A stretch of 64,000 nucleotides of DNA from Candidatus Schneewindia gallinarum (GCA_904420175.1 CAJFUF010000022.1:2974-66973), one strand, 5' to 3'. Shown: positions 1 through 18,389, counted from the first letter of the stretch. Numbers and translations are program-made. The notes: a model not told the origin generated them from the letters alone.

Positions 1-205
1 CAGCCTCCAGCGCCTCCTCGAACACTTCGAGGGGCTCTCTGCCGGTCTTTTCCTTGATAATGTCGAATGCACCGTACACAATCTTCTGGGCCACGCCCTT
101 CTTGCCGTCCAGCATGATGTTGTTGACAAGACGGGTGACCATTTTCGAATTGTACAGGGGATCTGCCAAAACATCACGTTTTGCAATCTGTCCTCTTCTT
201 GGCAC
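1..205 (-). CDS. rpsG: 30S ribosomal protein S7, N-terminal part (gene continues beyond left edge)
   Basis: Minus-strand translation from GTG at 205 reads [48 protein letters not shown]...; GGAGGG SD at 213-218; lies downstream of rpsL as in the str operon. Confidence 0.9.
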   Translation of the reverse strand, partial: MPRRGQIAKRDVLADPLYNSKMVTRLVNNIMLDGKKGVAQKIVYGAFDIIKEKTGREPLEVFEEALEA

Positions 206-333
206 TTCGCTTCCCTCCTTCACAAAAAATGAATTCTTCGGTACTCGAAAGTGACACAACCTTTCGTCAGCACCAATGCAGAAGACGATCTATAAAAACA
301 TGCTTCCGCATTGAATGTCCTTAAAAAGTCCTG

Positions 334-759
334 CTACTTCGCCGCACCAGCCTTGGGCCTTTTCGCACCGTACTTGGAACGGGCCTGCTCCCTCTTGGCA
401 ACACCCTGCGCGTCAAGAGTACCGCGGATAATATGGTAACGCACACCGGGCAGGTCCTTTACACGGCCGCCGCGGATCAGCACCACGCTGTGCTCCTGCA
501 GGTTGTGGCCAACGCCGGGAATGTAGGCGGTTACCTCGAGACCGTTGGAAAGACGGACCCTCGCCACCTTACGAAGTGCCGAGTTCGGCTTCTTCGGGGT
601 CAGCGTTCTGACGGCTGTGCAGACGCCGCGCTTCTGGGGAGAATTCTGGTCGGTGTACTGGCGCTTTTTGGAGTTGTAGCTCTTTAACAGTGCCGGAGCC
701 GTAGACTTCTTCTCGGAAACCTCTCTACCTTTTCTCACGAGCTGGTTGAATGTGGGCAT
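334..759 (-). CDS. rpsL: 30S ribosomal protein S12
   Basis: Track ORF 334-840 trimmed to ATG at 759: [30 protein letters not shown]...[12 protein letters not shown], classic S12 sequence. Confidence 0.97.
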   Translation of the reverse strand: MPTFNQLVRKGREVSEKKSTAPALLKSYNSKKRQYTDQNSPQKRGVCTAVRTLTPKKPNSALRKVARVRLSNGLEVTAYIPGVGHNLQEHSVVLIRGGRVKDLPGVRYHIIRGTLDAQGVAKREQARSKYGAKRPKAGAAK

Positions 760-858
760 ATCACACCTCCTCACACAAATTTTTTCTATATTCAGGCCGA
801 AAAACGGCCAGAATACCTTGCTTTTTGTGGCAGCCGCCACAATTAGTTATTTTATCAT

Positions 859-4488
<3,630 letters not shown>

Positions 4489-4505
4489 CTGCTGTCCCTC
4501 TTTCT

Positions 4506-8294
<3,789 letters not shown>

Positions 8295-8422
8295 CTATTT
8301 TTGGTTTCGTTTCCACTATTCCTTTGGGTCACGGGCTGTAAAATTAGGGCTTGCATTTCGCTAAAAATAGTGGTATGATTATCTATTCTTAGGCACACAT
8401 ACCCATTTTGATACAGTATACT

Positions 8423-8451
8423 ATTATAGTATACCGGATGGCCAATGTCAA
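8423..8451 (-). promoter_or_regulatory. Sigma-A type promoter for rpoBC
   Basis: Minus strand reads TTGACA (8451-8446), 17-nt spacer, TATAAT (8428-8423), in an AT-rich patch about 130 nt upstream of rpoB. Confidence 0.75.
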
Positions 8452-8468
8452 GATGGTCTTGCCAAATT

Positions 8469-8506
8469 AAGGCGGCCGCGAAAGAAATTTCTTTCGCGGC
8501 CGCCTT
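8469..8506 (-). terminator. Hairpin terminator after rrf2 (end of dnaG-sigA-rrf2 unit)
   Basis: 16-bp GC-rich stem aaggcggccgcgaaag/ctttcgcggccgcctt directly after the rrf2 stop; trailing U-tract on minus strand is weak (aattt). Confidence 0.6.
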
Positions 8507-8512
8507 TCATCG

Positions 8513-8923
8513 CTACGCTTCTTCCCTTTTCAGGATGTCTGAGAGGTGCACGCCGCTCAGCCGGTCGCGCACCTGAAGGGAGATGCCGTCAAAAATCTTC
8601 CGCACCTCGCAGTATGCCTTGCGGCCTGCGGGGCAGTTGTAGTCCTCGCTCAGGCAGCGGGAAAGCCGGTATTCCCCCTCGATGGTGCTGATAATATCAT
8701 ACAGGGTGATGTCCGCAGGATCCTTCGCCAGTTCGTAGCCGCCCTTGACCCCTTTGAAAGACTGCACAAGCCCGCTGTTCACCAGCTTGCGCAGGATTTT
8801 CAGCGCAAAGCGCAGCGACACGACGGCCTCCTGTGAAATACTGCCCGCATCCATGCGCCCCGTGTTGGCTGCAAGGGCCAGCATGATGCGGATGGCATAA
8901 TCCGCTTCCAGTGTGATATGCAT
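8513..8923 (-). CDS. Rrf2 family transcriptional regulator
   Basis: 136 aa, MHITLEADYAIRIMLALA... winged-helix N-terminus, Cys cluster CLSEDYNCPAGRKAYC typical of Fe-S-binding Rrf2/IscR-like proteins; AGGAGG SD; only 14 nt after sigA. Confidence 0.88.
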   Translation of the reverse strand: MHITLEADYAIRIMLALAANTGRMDAGSISQEAVVSLRFALKILRKLVNSGLVQSFKGVKGGYELAKDPADITLYDIISTIEGEYRLSRCLSEDYNCPAGRKAYCEVRKIFDGISLQVRDRLSGVHLSDILKREEA

Positions 8924-8937
8924 GCGGAAAAATCCTC

Positions 8938-10038
8938 CTAATCCAAAAAGTCTTTCAGTTTCTTGCTGCGGCTGGGATGGCGCAGCTTGCGCAGGGCCTT
9001 TGCCTCAATCTGGCGGATGCGCTCGCGGGTGACGTCAAATTCCTTGCCCACTTCCTCCAGGGTGCGGCTGCGGCCGTCCTCCAGCCCGAAGCGCAGGCGC
9101 AGCACCTTCTCCTCCCTGGGGGTCAGGGTGGACAGCACGTCGCTCAGCTGTTCTTTAAGCAGCGTGTGGGAGGCGGCGTCCGCCGGGGCGGGCGCGTCCT
9201 CATCCTGGATGAAGTCGCCCAGATGGCTGTCCTCCTCCTCGCCGATCGGCGTCTCCAGGCTCACGGGCTCCTGCGCGACGCGCATAATCTCCCGCACCTT
9301 CTCCACTGGCATGTCGATCTCCTTTGAAATCTCCTCCGCCGTAGGCTCGTGCCCGTTTTTGTGCAGCAGCTGGCTGGACACCTTCTTTACCTTGTTGATG
9401 GTCTCCACCATATGGACCGGGATACGGATGGTGCGGGCCTGGTCCGCAATGGCGCGGGTGATGGCCTGCCGGATCCACCAGGTGGCATAGGTGGAGAACT
9501 TAAACCCCTTGGTGTAGTCGAACTTCTCCACCGCCTTAATCAGGCCGAGGTTCCCCTCCTGAATCAAATCAAGGAACTGCATGCCGCGGCCCACATACCG
9601 CTTCGCAATGGACACCACCAGGCGCAGGTTCGCCTCGGACAGGCGCTTTTTGGCCTCCACATCGCCCTCCGCCATCCGTTCTGCCAGCCTGACCTCCTCC
9701 TCGCTGGTCAAAAGCGGCACCCGGCCGATTTCCTTCAAGTAGACCTTCACCGGGTCGTCAATGTTGAAGTTCTCCGCAAGGGCGGTGGGGTCCACCTCCT
9801 CCGGGGCGGCCTCCTCGGCCACCTCCTCCAGGTCCTCGTCCAGCGGGATGTCGTCGCTGTCCTCGATGATCTCGATGTTGCTGCCGTCGATCATGTCATA
9901 CAGCTTGTCCATCTGCTCCACATCGAAATCCAGTTCCTCCAGCACGTCGGTGATTTCCTTCGTCGTCAGCCGGCCGTTCTGTTTTCCCATTTCCAGCAGT
10001 TCGCTGATGTCCGTTTTCTTTCCCTGCATAAAATCCAC
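8938..10038 (-). CDS. sigA: Primary RNA polymerase sigma factor (sigma-70/SigA)
   Basis: 366 aa, acidic N-terminus, [27 protein letters not shown] (region 2) and [30 protein letters not shown] (region 4.2). Confidence 0.96.
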   Translation of the reverse strand: MDFMQGKKTDISELLEMGKQNGRLTTKEITDVLEELDFDVEQMDKLYDMIDGSNIEIIEDSDDIPLDEDLEEVAEEAAPEEVDPTALAENFNIDDPVKVYLKEIGRVPLLTSEEEVRLAERMAEGDVEAKKRLSEANLRLVVSIAKRYVGRGMQFLDLIQEGNLGLIKAVEKFDYTKGFKFSTYATWWIRQAITRAIADQARTIRIPVHMVETINKVKKVSSQLLHKNGHEPTAEEISKEIDMPVEKVREIMRVAQEPVSLETPIGEEEDSHLGDFIQDEDAPAPADAASHTLLKEQLSDVLSTLTPREEKVLRLRFGLEDGRSRTLEEVGKEFDVTRERIRQIEAKALRKLRHPSRSKKLKDFLD

Positions 10039-10072
10039 ACTCCCAATGTTTTCTGTTCTGTCTTGCGGTATT

Positions 10073-11830
10073 TCAGGACTTGCCTTTCATCAGCCTGTCC
10101 AGATACGTTTTATAGTCCTCCTCGGGCAGCTCCGCCACGGCGGCCCCGGACAGGGCTGCCTTCGCGTCCTTCATCCTCCCAAGAATCTCCATCGTCTCCT
10201 CAAGGGTGTAATTGATGTCCTGGTAGCGCGCCATCAGGCCGCCCACAAAGCCGGCCTCCTCCCTTGTCAGCTCGCCGCCTTTTTCGGTCAGCAGGGCCGA
10301 CGGGTCCCGGCAGGACAGCAGCAGCCCGTACAGCCGCCTGCCCATGTCGGTGGCAAGGCTGCTTTCAGGAAGTGCCGCCTTCACCGGTTCCACAAAATCC
10401 GGGTTCTTCATCAGCGCGCACAGCAGCTGTTCCTCCGCAACGGCGGCAGACAGGTTGTTTCTGCGCTGGGGGTTCAGCCTGTTTAGCAGCTCCCCCCCGG
10501 CGCCCTGCCGGCTGAATGCCTTGCGGTCCTCCTGCTCGCGCCGCTTTCTTGTGCGCGCAAGGTAGCGGCGCAACGTCTCCTCAATACTCTGGCGGGAGAC
10601 CTCCAGCTCCTTGGACAGGCGGGAGATGAACACGTCCCGCTCGATAGGGCTTTGCAGGCCGGCCAGCAGGCGGACCGACTCGTTCAGGTAGTCCACCCGG
10701 CCGGCGTCGGTGCTTAAATCGTACTTGCCCGCCGCGCTTTGCAGCTGGTATGCGGTGGAGTCCGCCGCATTTTTCACCACAAGGCGGAACCGCTCCACGC
10801 CGAACTTTTTAATAAACTCGTCCGGGTCCTTGGCCCCTTCGTACTGCAGCACCCGGACCCGCAGGCCCGCCTCCTTCAGCAGGCCGATGGCCTTTCTGGT
10901 GGCCTTCTGCCCCGCCTCGTCCGAGTCGTAGGACAGCGCCACCTCCGGCGTATAGCGTGCAAGCAGGCGCGCCTGCTCCCCCGTCAGGGCGGTGCCGCAG
11001 GTGGCCACCACGTTGTCAAACCCGGCGCAGGACACCGAGATGGCGTCCATGTACCCCTCACACAGGATGAAAAACCCGTCCTTGGCGGTCTTTGCATTGT
11101 TCAGGTTGTACAGCTGCGACGTCTTTTTATAGACCGGGGTGTCCGGGGAGTTGACGTACTTGCGGTCGTCCCCGCCCACGGTACGCCCGCCGAAGGCGAT
11201 GATATTGCCACGAATATCCACAATAGGAAAGATAACCCTGTTTCTGAAGAATATGTATGGGCTGCCCCTCCTCGACAGGCCGCAGATGCCGCTTTGCAGC
11301 AGCTGTTCATCCGTGAAGCCCTGCCTGTGCAGGTGGTCGATGGCGCCGCTCCAGCTGTCGGGCGCGAAGCCCACCCAGTACCGGTCCAGCACATCGCGGC
11401 TTACGCCGCGCCGCAGCATGTAGTCGAGGCCCACCTTCCCCGCCGGGCTGCGCAATGCGCGGTAGAAGTAGCGCGCCGCCTCCCGGTTGATGGCAAGGGT
11501 GGTGGTTTTCACCCGGCCGGCACGGTCGTCCACCCCGTCCTCCGGCAGCTGCATGCCCGCCTTCTCTGCCAAAAACTTCACCGCCTCGATGTAGTCGAGG
11601 TGCTCGATATTCATAATAAAGGTGATGACGTCGCCGCCGTTTCCACAGCCAAAGCAGTAGTAGCTTTCCGTCTCCGGATACAGCACGAAAGAACCCGTCT
11701 TTTCCGAGTGGAAGGGGCACAGCCCCACGGCGTTTCTCCCCCGGTGCTTCAGGCTTACGTAGGAGGAGACGATGCTTTCAATGTCGTTGCGGCGTTTCAG
11801 CTCTTCGATAAAATCAGGGCTTAGCTGCAT
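10073..11830 (-). CDS. dnaG: DNA primase
   Basis: 585 aa, Zn-ribbon [11 protein letters not shown]...CFGCG, TOPRIM segment with EGYMD; directly upstream of sigA. Confidence 0.95.
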   Translation of the reverse strand: MQLSPDFIEELKRRNDIESIVSSYVSLKHRGRNAVGLCPFHSEKTGSFVLYPETESYYCFGCGNGGDVITFIMNIEHLDYIEAVKFLAEKAGMQLPEDGVDDRAGRVKTTTLAINREAARYFYRALRSPAGKVGLDYMLRRGVSRDVLDRYWVGFAPDSWSGAIDHLHRQGFTDEQLLQSGICGLSRRGSPYIFFRNRVIFPIVDIRGNIIAFGGRTVGGDDRKYVNSPDTPVYKKTSQLYNLNNAKTAKDGFFILCEGYMDAISVSCAGFDNVVATCGTALTGEQARLLARYTPEVALSYDSDEAGQKATRKAIGLLKEAGLRVRVLQYEGAKDPDEFIKKFGVERFRLVVKNAADSTAYQLQSAAGKYDLSTDAGRVDYLNESVRLLAGLQSPIERDVFISRLSKELEVSRQSIEETLRRYLARTRKRREQEDRKAFSRQGAGGELLNRLNPQRRNNLSAAVAEEQLLCALMKNPDFVEPVKAALPESSLATDMGRRLYGLLLSCRDPSALLTEKGGELTREEAGFVGGLMARYQDINYTLEETMEILGRMKDAKAALSGAAVAELPEEDYKTYLDRLMKGKS

Positions 11831-11874
11831 GGCCTCACTTCCTTTCCAAACGGCCTTTTTGCCTGCGGCCCGGC

Positions 11875-12876
11875 TTAGTCCTTCCAGCCCTTCGGGATGA
11901 ACAGATCGCTGTACACGTTCATCACATAGCTGTCGCTCATGCTGGCGATGTAGTCGGTCACCGCCCGGTCAATCCCCTCTCGCTCTGCGGTAACATGATA
12001 CTCCTCCGGCAGGTATTCCGGGTTGTCCTTTAAATACTGGTACAGGCTGATGATAATCTGCTCCGCCTTCTTTTCCTCTTTTTTGGCGGCGCTGTCCTGA
12101 TAGACGTTCTGAAACAAAAAGCTGTACAGCGCATTGTAGGCGCCCCGCTGCTCCTTTCCCATGACAATATCCTCGTCCGAGTGGTCGATAACCGAGGTGA
12201 CAAGGGTCGTGATACGCCGGGACTTGCCTGCGCCCAGCACCGCCGTGATTTCCGCGGGGATGTCCTCCTCTTTCAAAATTCCGGCGCGGATGGCGTCCTC
12301 AATGTCGTGGTTGACGTAGGCAATCCGGTCGGAGAACTGTACCACGCGCCCCTCCAGCGTCATGGCCTTCATGCCGAGGGAGGTGGTGTGGCACAAAATG
12401 CCGTTGCGCACCTCCACCGTCAAATTCAGGCCCTGTCCGTTTTTCTCGCACTGCTCCACCACGCGCACGCTGTGCTCGTTATGGTTGAAGTAGAAAGGGG
12501 ACACCTTTCTAAGCGCCCGCTCCCCTGCGTGGCCGAAGGGGGTGTGCCCCAAGTCGTGCCCCAAGGCGATGGCCTCAATCAAATCCTCGTTTAAGCGCAG
12601 GGCCCGGCCGATGGTGCGGGCAATCTGGTTTACTTCCAGCGTGTGGGTCAGCCTTGTGCGGTAGTGGTCCCCCGTGGGAGACAGAAACACCTGCGTCTTG
12701 TGCTTCAGGCGGCGGAAGCTGCGGCAGTGGATAATGCGATCCCTGTCGCGCTGGTAGTCCGTCCGAAGGGGACACGGCTCCTCCGGGCGGTCGCGGCCAA
12801 GGGTGTTCTCCGACAGGGCCGCCCGCGGGGACAGGATCTGCCGCTCAATCTCCTGCGTCCGTTCTCTGACAGTCAT
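11875..12876 (-). CDS. dGTP triphosphohydrolase-like HD-domain protein
   Basis: 333 aa, RTRLTHTLEVNQIARTIGRAL...GHDLGHTPFGHAGE HD signature. Confidence 0.9.
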   Translation of the reverse strand: MTVRERTQEIERQILSPRAALSENTLGRDRPEEPCPLRTDYQRDRDRIIHCRSFRRLKHKTQVFLSPTGDHYRTRLTHTLEVNQIARTIGRALRLNEDLIEAIALGHDLGHTPFGHAGERALRKVSPFYFNHNEHSVRVVEQCEKNGQGLNLTVEVRNGILCHTTSLGMKAMTLEGRVVQFSDRIAYVNHDIEDAIRAGILKEEDIPAEITAVLGAGKSRRITTLVTSVIDHSDEDIVMGKEQRGAYNALYSFLFQNVYQDSAAKKEEKKAEQIIISLYQYLKDNPEYLPEEYHVTAEREGIDRAVTDYIASMSDSYVMNVYSDLFIPKGWKD

Positions 12877-12978
12877 GGCCGTCCTCCTTTCCTTAAAAAG
12901 CGCTCTATTATACTATACTTACAAAATCCAAAAAAACCTTTTTCTTTTTTCGAAAAAGGTTTTTTCTTCGTTTTCTCC

Positions 12979-13617
12979 CTATGCTTCGCCGTTCTCCGGC
13001 AGGCGGCGGAACGCCTTCCCCTGCTCCACCACCTCTGCGCTGCCCGCCGTCAGTTCCGTAACGGCGGCGGCAAAGTCCGGAAAGCGGTCTGCGCGCACTG
13101 CGGCCATCACCGCCACCTCGTCCGAGAATTCCCCGCTTCCCTGCAGCATGGGAAACCGCTCGCACAGCTTGCAGAACTTTCCATAAAAGCTGTAGTCCAT
13201 GTGGACGCGGCACAGTACGCACTGAACCATCCGCACCGTCTCCGCCTGTGCGGCGGCCGCGGCGGCCGCCCCGCCGTAGGCACGCGTCAGCCCGCCCGTG
13301 CCCAGCAGTGTGCCGCCGAAATACCGCGTCACCACGCAGCACACGTCCGTCAGCCCCGCGCCCTCCAGCACGTTTAAAATCGGCTGGCCGCCGGTGCCCG
13401 ACGGTTCCCCGTCGTCGGAGCAGCGGGTGATGTTCCCCTCCCTTGTCAGATAGGCAAAGCAGTGATGCCGTGCCTCATGATGCTTTTTGCGGATTTCCGC
13501 AAGAAATGCCTGCGCCTGCGCCTGCGTTTCCACGGGGGCCAGCGCCGCCAGAAAGCGGGAGCGCTTCTCCGTTAGCTCGGCAAAAGCGGGGGCGGCGATG
13601 GTGCAATATTCCTGCAT
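12979..13617 (-). CDS. YigZ / IMPACT family protein
   Basis: 212 aa, KRSRFLAALAPV...ARHHCFAY...GEPSGTGGQPIL pattern of UPF0029/YigZ. Confidence 0.85.
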   Translation of the reverse strand: MQEYCTIAAPAFAELTEKRSRFLAALAPVETQAQAQAFLAEIRKKHHEARHHCFAYLTREGNITRCSDDGEPSGTGGQPILNVLEGAGLTDVCCVVTRYFGGTLLGTGGLTRAYGGAAAAAAAQAETVRMVQCVLCRVHMDYSFYGKFCKLCERFPMLQGSGEFSDEVAVMAAVRADRFPDFAAAVTELTAGSAEVVEQGKAFRRLPENGEA

Positions 13618-13641
13618 GGCGATACCTCCAGACTGAACGTG

Positions 13642-13674
13642 AAAAAAGAAAGCGGTGCCGTAAGCACCGCTTTC
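13642..13674 (-). terminator. Rho-independent terminator of rpmE
   Basis: 11-bp stem gaaagcggtgc/gcaccgctttc followed on the minus strand by TTTTTT. Confidence 0.8.
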
Positions 13675-13696
13675 CTTCTATCAAAGGTGAGAGACC

Positions 13697-13903
13697 TTAC
13701 TTGTCCTGCATACCAAAACGCTTCTTGAAACGGTCCACACGTCCGCCGGTATCGACCAGCTTCTGCTTTCCGGTGTAGAAGGGATGGCACTTGGAGCAGA
13801 TTTCAACACGGATGTTCTGCTTGGTGGAACGGGTTTTAATCACCTCGCCGCAGGCGCAGGTGATGGTGGTCTCCTCGTACTTCGGATGGATGCCCTCTTT
13901 CAT
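13697..13903 (-). CDS. rpmE: 50S ribosomal protein L31 (Zn-binding type)
   Basis: 68 aa [21 protein letters not shown]...[13 protein letters not shown]. Confidence 0.96.
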   Translation of the reverse strand: MKEGIHPKYEETTITCACGEVIKTRSTKQNIRVEICSKCHPFYTGKQKLVDTGGRVDRFKKRFGMQDK

Positions 13904-14079
13904 AGTCTTGTCACCTCTTTCGCTAAACCATTAACAATAGAATACTATCATAACCGGGACAAAATTGCAACATCTTTTTTTCGCAGGCCCTCCGCTTTTT
14001 ATTTTTTACCGGAAATTTATTGAAAAAACGCAGAAAAGCCACTATTATTAAAGTAATGTACAGGGGATGGGGTGAAAAC

Positions 14080-15606
14080 ATGCTCAGTGAGGTGCGCAGC
14101 TTCGGCGTCGCCGGGTGCGATGGGTATCCCGTGCGGATTGAGGCCGACGTGTATCAGGGCCTGCCCGCCTTTTCGGTGGTGGGTCTGCCCGACGCGTCCG
14201 TTATGGAGGCGAGGGACCGGGTCCGTGCCGCCATGAAGCAGGCGGGCTTTTCCTTTCCGGTGGGCCGGGTGGTGCTGAACCTTGCGCCTGCGGACCGTAA
14301 AAAGTCCGGCCCGCTGTATGACTTGCCCATTTTCATTGCGCTGTTAAAAGCCGTCGGCGGCCTTTCCGCCGAGACGGACGGCTGTGCCTTTGTGGGGGAG
14401 TTAAGCCTGTCCGGCGGGATCCGCCCGGTGCGGGGGCTGCTTCCCATGGCACTGTGCGCCAAGGAGCAGGGCGTCACCTCCCTGTTTGTCCCCCTGGAAA
14501 ACGCGCAGGAGCTGCGCCTGGTGGAGGGGTTGTCCATCTACCCCGCAGGCCATGTGAACGAGGTGCTGGCCCACCTGAAGGGGGAGCGTCCGCTGGACGC
14601 ACTGGTGCCGGACAAAAGCAGGCTTCTTCCCGGCAGCTTCCCCGTGGATTTTTCCGAGGTCAGGGGGCAGCAGGCCGCCAAACGGGCGCTGGAAATTGCG
14701 GCGGCGGGCGGCCATCACATCCTGATGATAGGCCCGCCCGGCGCAGGGAAAAGCATGCTGGCCGCCCGGATTCCCACCATCCTGCCGCCCATGGACGAGC
14801 AGGAGGTGCTGGAGGTGACCAAGCTGTACTCCGTCGCAGGGCTGTTAAAGGGCGGCGTGCAGGCGGTGCGTCCCTTCCGCAGCCCGCACCACACCATCTC
14901 CGCCGCAGGGCTTGCCGGCGGGGGCGCGGGGATTGCCGCCCCCGGCGAGCTGTCGCTGGCCCACCGGGGCGTGCTGTTTCTGGACGAGCTGCCGGAATTC
15001 GGCCGCCAGGTGACGGAGCTGCTGCGCCAGCCGCTGGAGACGGGCTCCATCACCCTGTCCCGGGCAGGCGGCACCGTGACCTATCCGTGCCGGTTCCTGC
15101 TGGCTGCGGCCATGAACCCCTGCCCCTGCGGATACTACGGCCATCCTGAGCGGGCGTGTACCTGTACGGACGGGCAGATTGCAAAATACCTGCACCGGGT
15201 CTCCGGGCCGCTGCTGGACCGGATCGATCTGCATGTGGAGGTGGCTCCGGTCCACTATACAAACCTTGCCGGACAGGAGAAGGAGGAATCCAGCGCCGCC
15301 ATCCGCCAGCGGGTGATGGATGCGAGGGAGCGCCAGCGCAGGCGGTATGAGCAGGACGGTATCCGCCTGAATGCACAGCTGACCCCGGCGCTGCAAAAAC
15401 GGTACTGCCGGCTGGACGGTACGGCGGACGCGGTGTTCCACCAGGCCTTTGACCGTCTGGGCCTGTCGGCCAGGGCCTACGGCCGGGTGCTGCGCGTGGC
15501 GCGCACCATTGCGGATTTGGACGGCGCACAGAACATCGGCCCCGCCCACATTCTGGAGGCGGTAGGATACCGCGACCTTGACAGGAAATACTGGAACAAG
15601 GCATAG
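14080..15606 (+). CDS. YifB/ComM family Mg-chelatase-like AAA+ ATPase
   Basis: Track ORF 14020-15606; ATG at 14080 (MLSEVRSFGVAG...) fits the family N-terminus. Walker A GPPGAGKS, VLFLDELPEF, C-terminal ARAYGRVLRVARTIADLDG. Confidence 0.92.
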   Translation: MLSEVRSFGVAGCDGYPVRIEADVYQGLPAFSVVGLPDASVMEARDRVRAAMKQAGFSFPVGRVVLNLAPADRKKSGPLYDLPIFIALLKAVGGLSAETDGCAFVGELSLSGGIRPVRGLLPMALCAKEQGVTSLFVPLENAQELRLVEGLSIYPAGHVNEVLAHLKGERPLDALVPDKSRLLPGSFPVDFSEVRGQQAAKRALEIAAAGGHHILMIGPPGAGKSMLAARIPTILPPMDEQEVLEVTKLYSVAGLLKGGVQAVRPFRSPHHTISAAGLAGGGAGIAAPGELSLAHRGVLFLDELPEFGRQVTELLRQPLETGSITLSRAGGTVTYPCRFLLAAAMNPCPCGYYGHPERACTCTDGQIAKYLHRVSGPLLDRIDLHVEVAPVHYTNLAGQEKEESSAAIRQRVMDARERQRRRYEQDGIRLNAQLTPALQKRYCRLDGTADAVFHQAFDRLGLSARAYGRVLRVARTIADLDGAQNIGPAHILEAVGYRDLDRKYWNKA

Positions 15607-15654
15607 CAAAAAAACACAGGGCTGGAAGGCCCTTCAGAGAGGATAGAGAAAACC

Positions 15655-16911
15655 ATGAAACAACGGCTGCTGCTTGTCTCCTTTGACGCAGTGGGGGAAG
15701 GTGATGTCGATCGGCTGCTTTCCCTGCCCCATTTTGGCGCGCTTGCCGGGGCCGGATGCCTCGTGCGCGGCGTGCAGTCCTCCTTTATCAGCAACACCTA
15801 CCCGGCGCACACTTCCATTGTTACCGGGTGCCATCCGAAGCACCACGGCGTGACGGAGAACACCTACCCCGTACCCGGCGACAACAACCCGGACTGGCGC
15901 TGGTACGAGAAGGTTATCCGGCGGCCCACCCTGTTCCAGAAGGCCGCGGCCGCGGGCCTCACCTGCGCGGCGGTGCTGTGGCCCGTGACGGCGGGAAGCC
16001 GCAGCATCCGCTACAACGTGCCGGAAATTTTTGCGAACCGCTGGTGGAAAAACCAGGCGCTGGTCTCCCTGACGGGCGGCAGCACCCTGCTGCAGCTGCG
16101 GGGTGTGCTGAAATACGGCAGGGAGATGAAGGGCGTTTCCCAGCCGCAGCTGGACCATTTTGCCCTGCTAATGATGGAGGACATCATCCTGCGCAAGCGG
16201 CCGGACGTGATGGCCCTGCACCTGACGGACGCGGATACCCACAAGCACCTGTACGGTGCCCACAGCACCGAGGCGCAGCACGCGGTGGAACGTCTTGACG
16301 CCCGGCTGGGGGTCCTGCTTGCCGCACTGGAAAAGGCCGGAATCCGGGAGGAGACGGCAGTGGTGGTGCTGGGCGACCACTATCAGAAGGACATCTTCTT
16401 CGAGTGGGACCCCAACGACCTTTTACTGGAAAAGGGCCTTCAGCAACGGGACAAGAACGGCAGGCTGACCTGCTGGCGCGCATGGGTCAAGTGCGCGGGC
16501 GGCACCGCATACCTGCACCTGAAGAACCCTGCGGACACACAGGCCGCACAGGCGGTGCGCGGGCTGTTTCAGGCCATGATTGACGAGGGCACGGGGCCCG
16601 TCGCACGTTTTTTAACGGATGAGGAGATGGATTTGTCCGGCTTTGCGCCGGAGTGCCCCCTCGGTATCGAGGCGGCGGACGGCACGGCCTTTGCCCACGA
16701 AGGCATGGGCTTTCCCCACAGGGGACAGCACGGCTACAGCCTGCGGCAGCCGGAATACACCACCTTTTACCTTGTGCAGGCGCCGGGCGTCGTTCCTGAA
16801 AAAACGGTTTACGGCGGCAGCATTCTGGACATTGCGCCGCTGTGCTTCTCCCTGCTGGGGCTGCCGGAGGAGAACACCGACGGGCACATCCATACGGGAT
16901 TGTTTGCATGA
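15655..16911 (+). CDS. Nucleotide pyrophosphatase/phosphodiesterase (alkaline-phosphatase superfamily)
   Basis: 418 aa, LLVSFDAVG...FISNTYPAHTSIVTGCHPKHHGV signature of type I phosphodiesterase/NPP. Confidence 0.85.
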   Translation: MKQRLLLVSFDAVGEGDVDRLLSLPHFGALAGAGCLVRGVQSSFISNTYPAHTSIVTGCHPKHHGVTENTYPVPGDNNPDWRWYEKVIRRPTLFQKAAAAGLTCAAVLWPVTAGSRSIRYNVPEIFANRWWKNQALVSLTGGSTLLQLRGVLKYGREMKGVSQPQLDHFALLMMEDIILRKRPDVMALHLTDADTHKHLYGAHSTEAQHAVERLDARLGVLLAALEKAGIREETAVVVLGDHYQKDIFFEWDPNDLLLEKGLQQRDKNGRLTCWRAWVKCAGGTAYLHLKNPADTQAAQAVRGLFQAMIDEGTGPVARFLTDEEMDLSGFAPECPLGIEAADGTAFAHEGMGFPHRGQHGYSLRQPEYTTFYLVQAPGVVPEKTVYGGSILDIAPLCFSLLGLPEENTDGHIHTGLFA

Positions 16912-16996
16912 CAAGCGCCGGGGCGCGTGAAAGGCATGCGCCGCCCCGTTACAATAAAAACAGCCTGCCGCCGGGCAGGTATTCAGGAGGCAGTGT

Positions 16997-18295
16997 ATGA
17001 AAAATAAATTTACGAAACTGGAAAAAAGCTGGATCACCTACGACTGGGCGAACTCGGTTTATGCCACCGTGGTGCTGGCGGCCATCTACCCCGTGTATTT
17101 CACCAGCGTGGCAGGCGCGGCAGGCGTGCCGGGCGACATGTGGTGGGGTTACGGCACATCGGCCGCCACGCTGGTCATGGCGGTGCTGGCGCCTGTCATC
17201 GGCGCTTTCGGCGACTTCAAGGGGATGAAAAAGCGGCTGTTCGCCCTGTTCCTCGCCGGGGGCTTGGTGTTTACCGCCCTGGGCATTTTCGCGGACGACT
17301 GGCGCTTGCTGCTGGTCTCCTATGCGCTCAGTCACGTGGGCTTTCTCGGCAGTTGTCTTTTGTATGACTCGTTTATCACCGACGTCACCACGCCGGAGCG
17401 GATGGATCGCGTGTCCAGCTGGGGCTACGGCATGGGCTACATCGGCGGAAGCACCATCCCCTTCTTGGTCTGTGTGGTGCTGGTCATGCTGGCCGACACC
17501 CTTGGCATCGGCGATGCAGGCGCCGTGAAATGGAGCCTTGTTATCACGGTGGTCTGGTGGGCGGCATTCAGCATCCCCATGCTGAAAAACGTCAAGCAGG
17601 TCTACTACAGCGAAAGCCGCCCCGCCCATCCGGGCAGGCAGGCCTTCCGCAACCTGTGGCATACCATGAAGGATATTGCCAAAAACAGGGCGGTGCTTCT
17701 GTTCCTTATCGCTTACTTCTTCTATATTGACGGGGTGAACACTGTTATCAACATGGCGACCACCTACGGCGCCACGCTGGGTTTGGACACCACCGGCATG
17801 ATTTTGGCGCTGGTGGTTACGCAGGTGGTGGCGTTCCCCTGTGCCATCCTGTTTGGCAGGCTGTGTAAGAAAGTGGGCAGCATCAACATGATTATCACTG
17901 CCATCTGCGTGTATTTCGTCATCTGCGTGCTGGGCTTCTTCATGGGCTTCAGCACGGAGGAAAACCTGCTGACCAACAGCCAGGCACTGATTATCTTCTG
18001 GATTCTGGCGGTGCTGGTGGGCACCTGCCAGGGCGGTATTCAGGCCATCAGCCGCTCCTACTTCGGCAAGCTGATCCCGCGGGAGCGCAGCACCGAGTAC
18101 TTCGGCTTCTATGACATCTTCGGCAAGTTTGCCGCCATCATGGGGCCTGTGCTGTATTCCATCACCAGGGGCCTTACCGGCCGCAGCAGCCTGTCCCTGC
18201 TGTCCCTTATCCTGCTGTTTGCTGTGGGCGGCGTGGTGCTTGTCACGAACAAGGGCCTGTTTAAAAAGGCCGAACAGGACGCGGCTGAAAAATAG
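16997..18295 (+). CDS. MFS transporter (UMF1/Atg22-like)
   Basis: 432 aa, about 12 hydrophobic segments, N-terminus MKNKFTKLEKSWITYDWANSVYATVV typical of UMF1 family. Confidence 0.82.
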   Translation: MKNKFTKLEKSWITYDWANSVYATVVLAAIYPVYFTSVAGAAGVPGDMWWGYGTSAATLVMAVLAPVIGAFGDFKGMKKRLFALFLAGGLVFTALGIFADDWRLLLVSYALSHVGFLGSCLLYDSFITDVTTPERMDRVSSWGYGMGYIGGSTIPFLVCVVLVMLADTLGIGDAGAVKWSLVITVVWWAAFSIPMLKNVKQVYYSESRPAHPGRQAFRNLWHTMKDIAKNRAVLLFLIAYFFYIDGVNTVINMATTYGATLGLDTTGMILALVVTQVVAFPCAILFGRLCKKVGSINMIITAICVYFVICVLGFFMGFSTEENLLTNSQALIIFWILAVLVGTCQGGIQAISRSYFGKLIPRERSTEYFGFYDIFGKFAAIMGPVLYSITRGLTGRSSLSLLSLILLFAVGGVVLVTNKGLFKKAEQDAAEK

Positions 18296-18389
18296 GACAG
18301 CCCTTAAAAATCATGACGGATACGGCCGCTTGCCGGCGCTTGTGGTATCCGTATAAGCCTTTCGGTTTTAAATGAAGTAATTTTTGCGT

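Noticed and set aside
14020-14079. 20-codon N-terminal extension of the ComM/YifB-like ORF.
   Set aside because: The family normally starts at the MLxxVxS... sequence found at ATG 14080, and the extension is Lys/Arg-rich with no SD.
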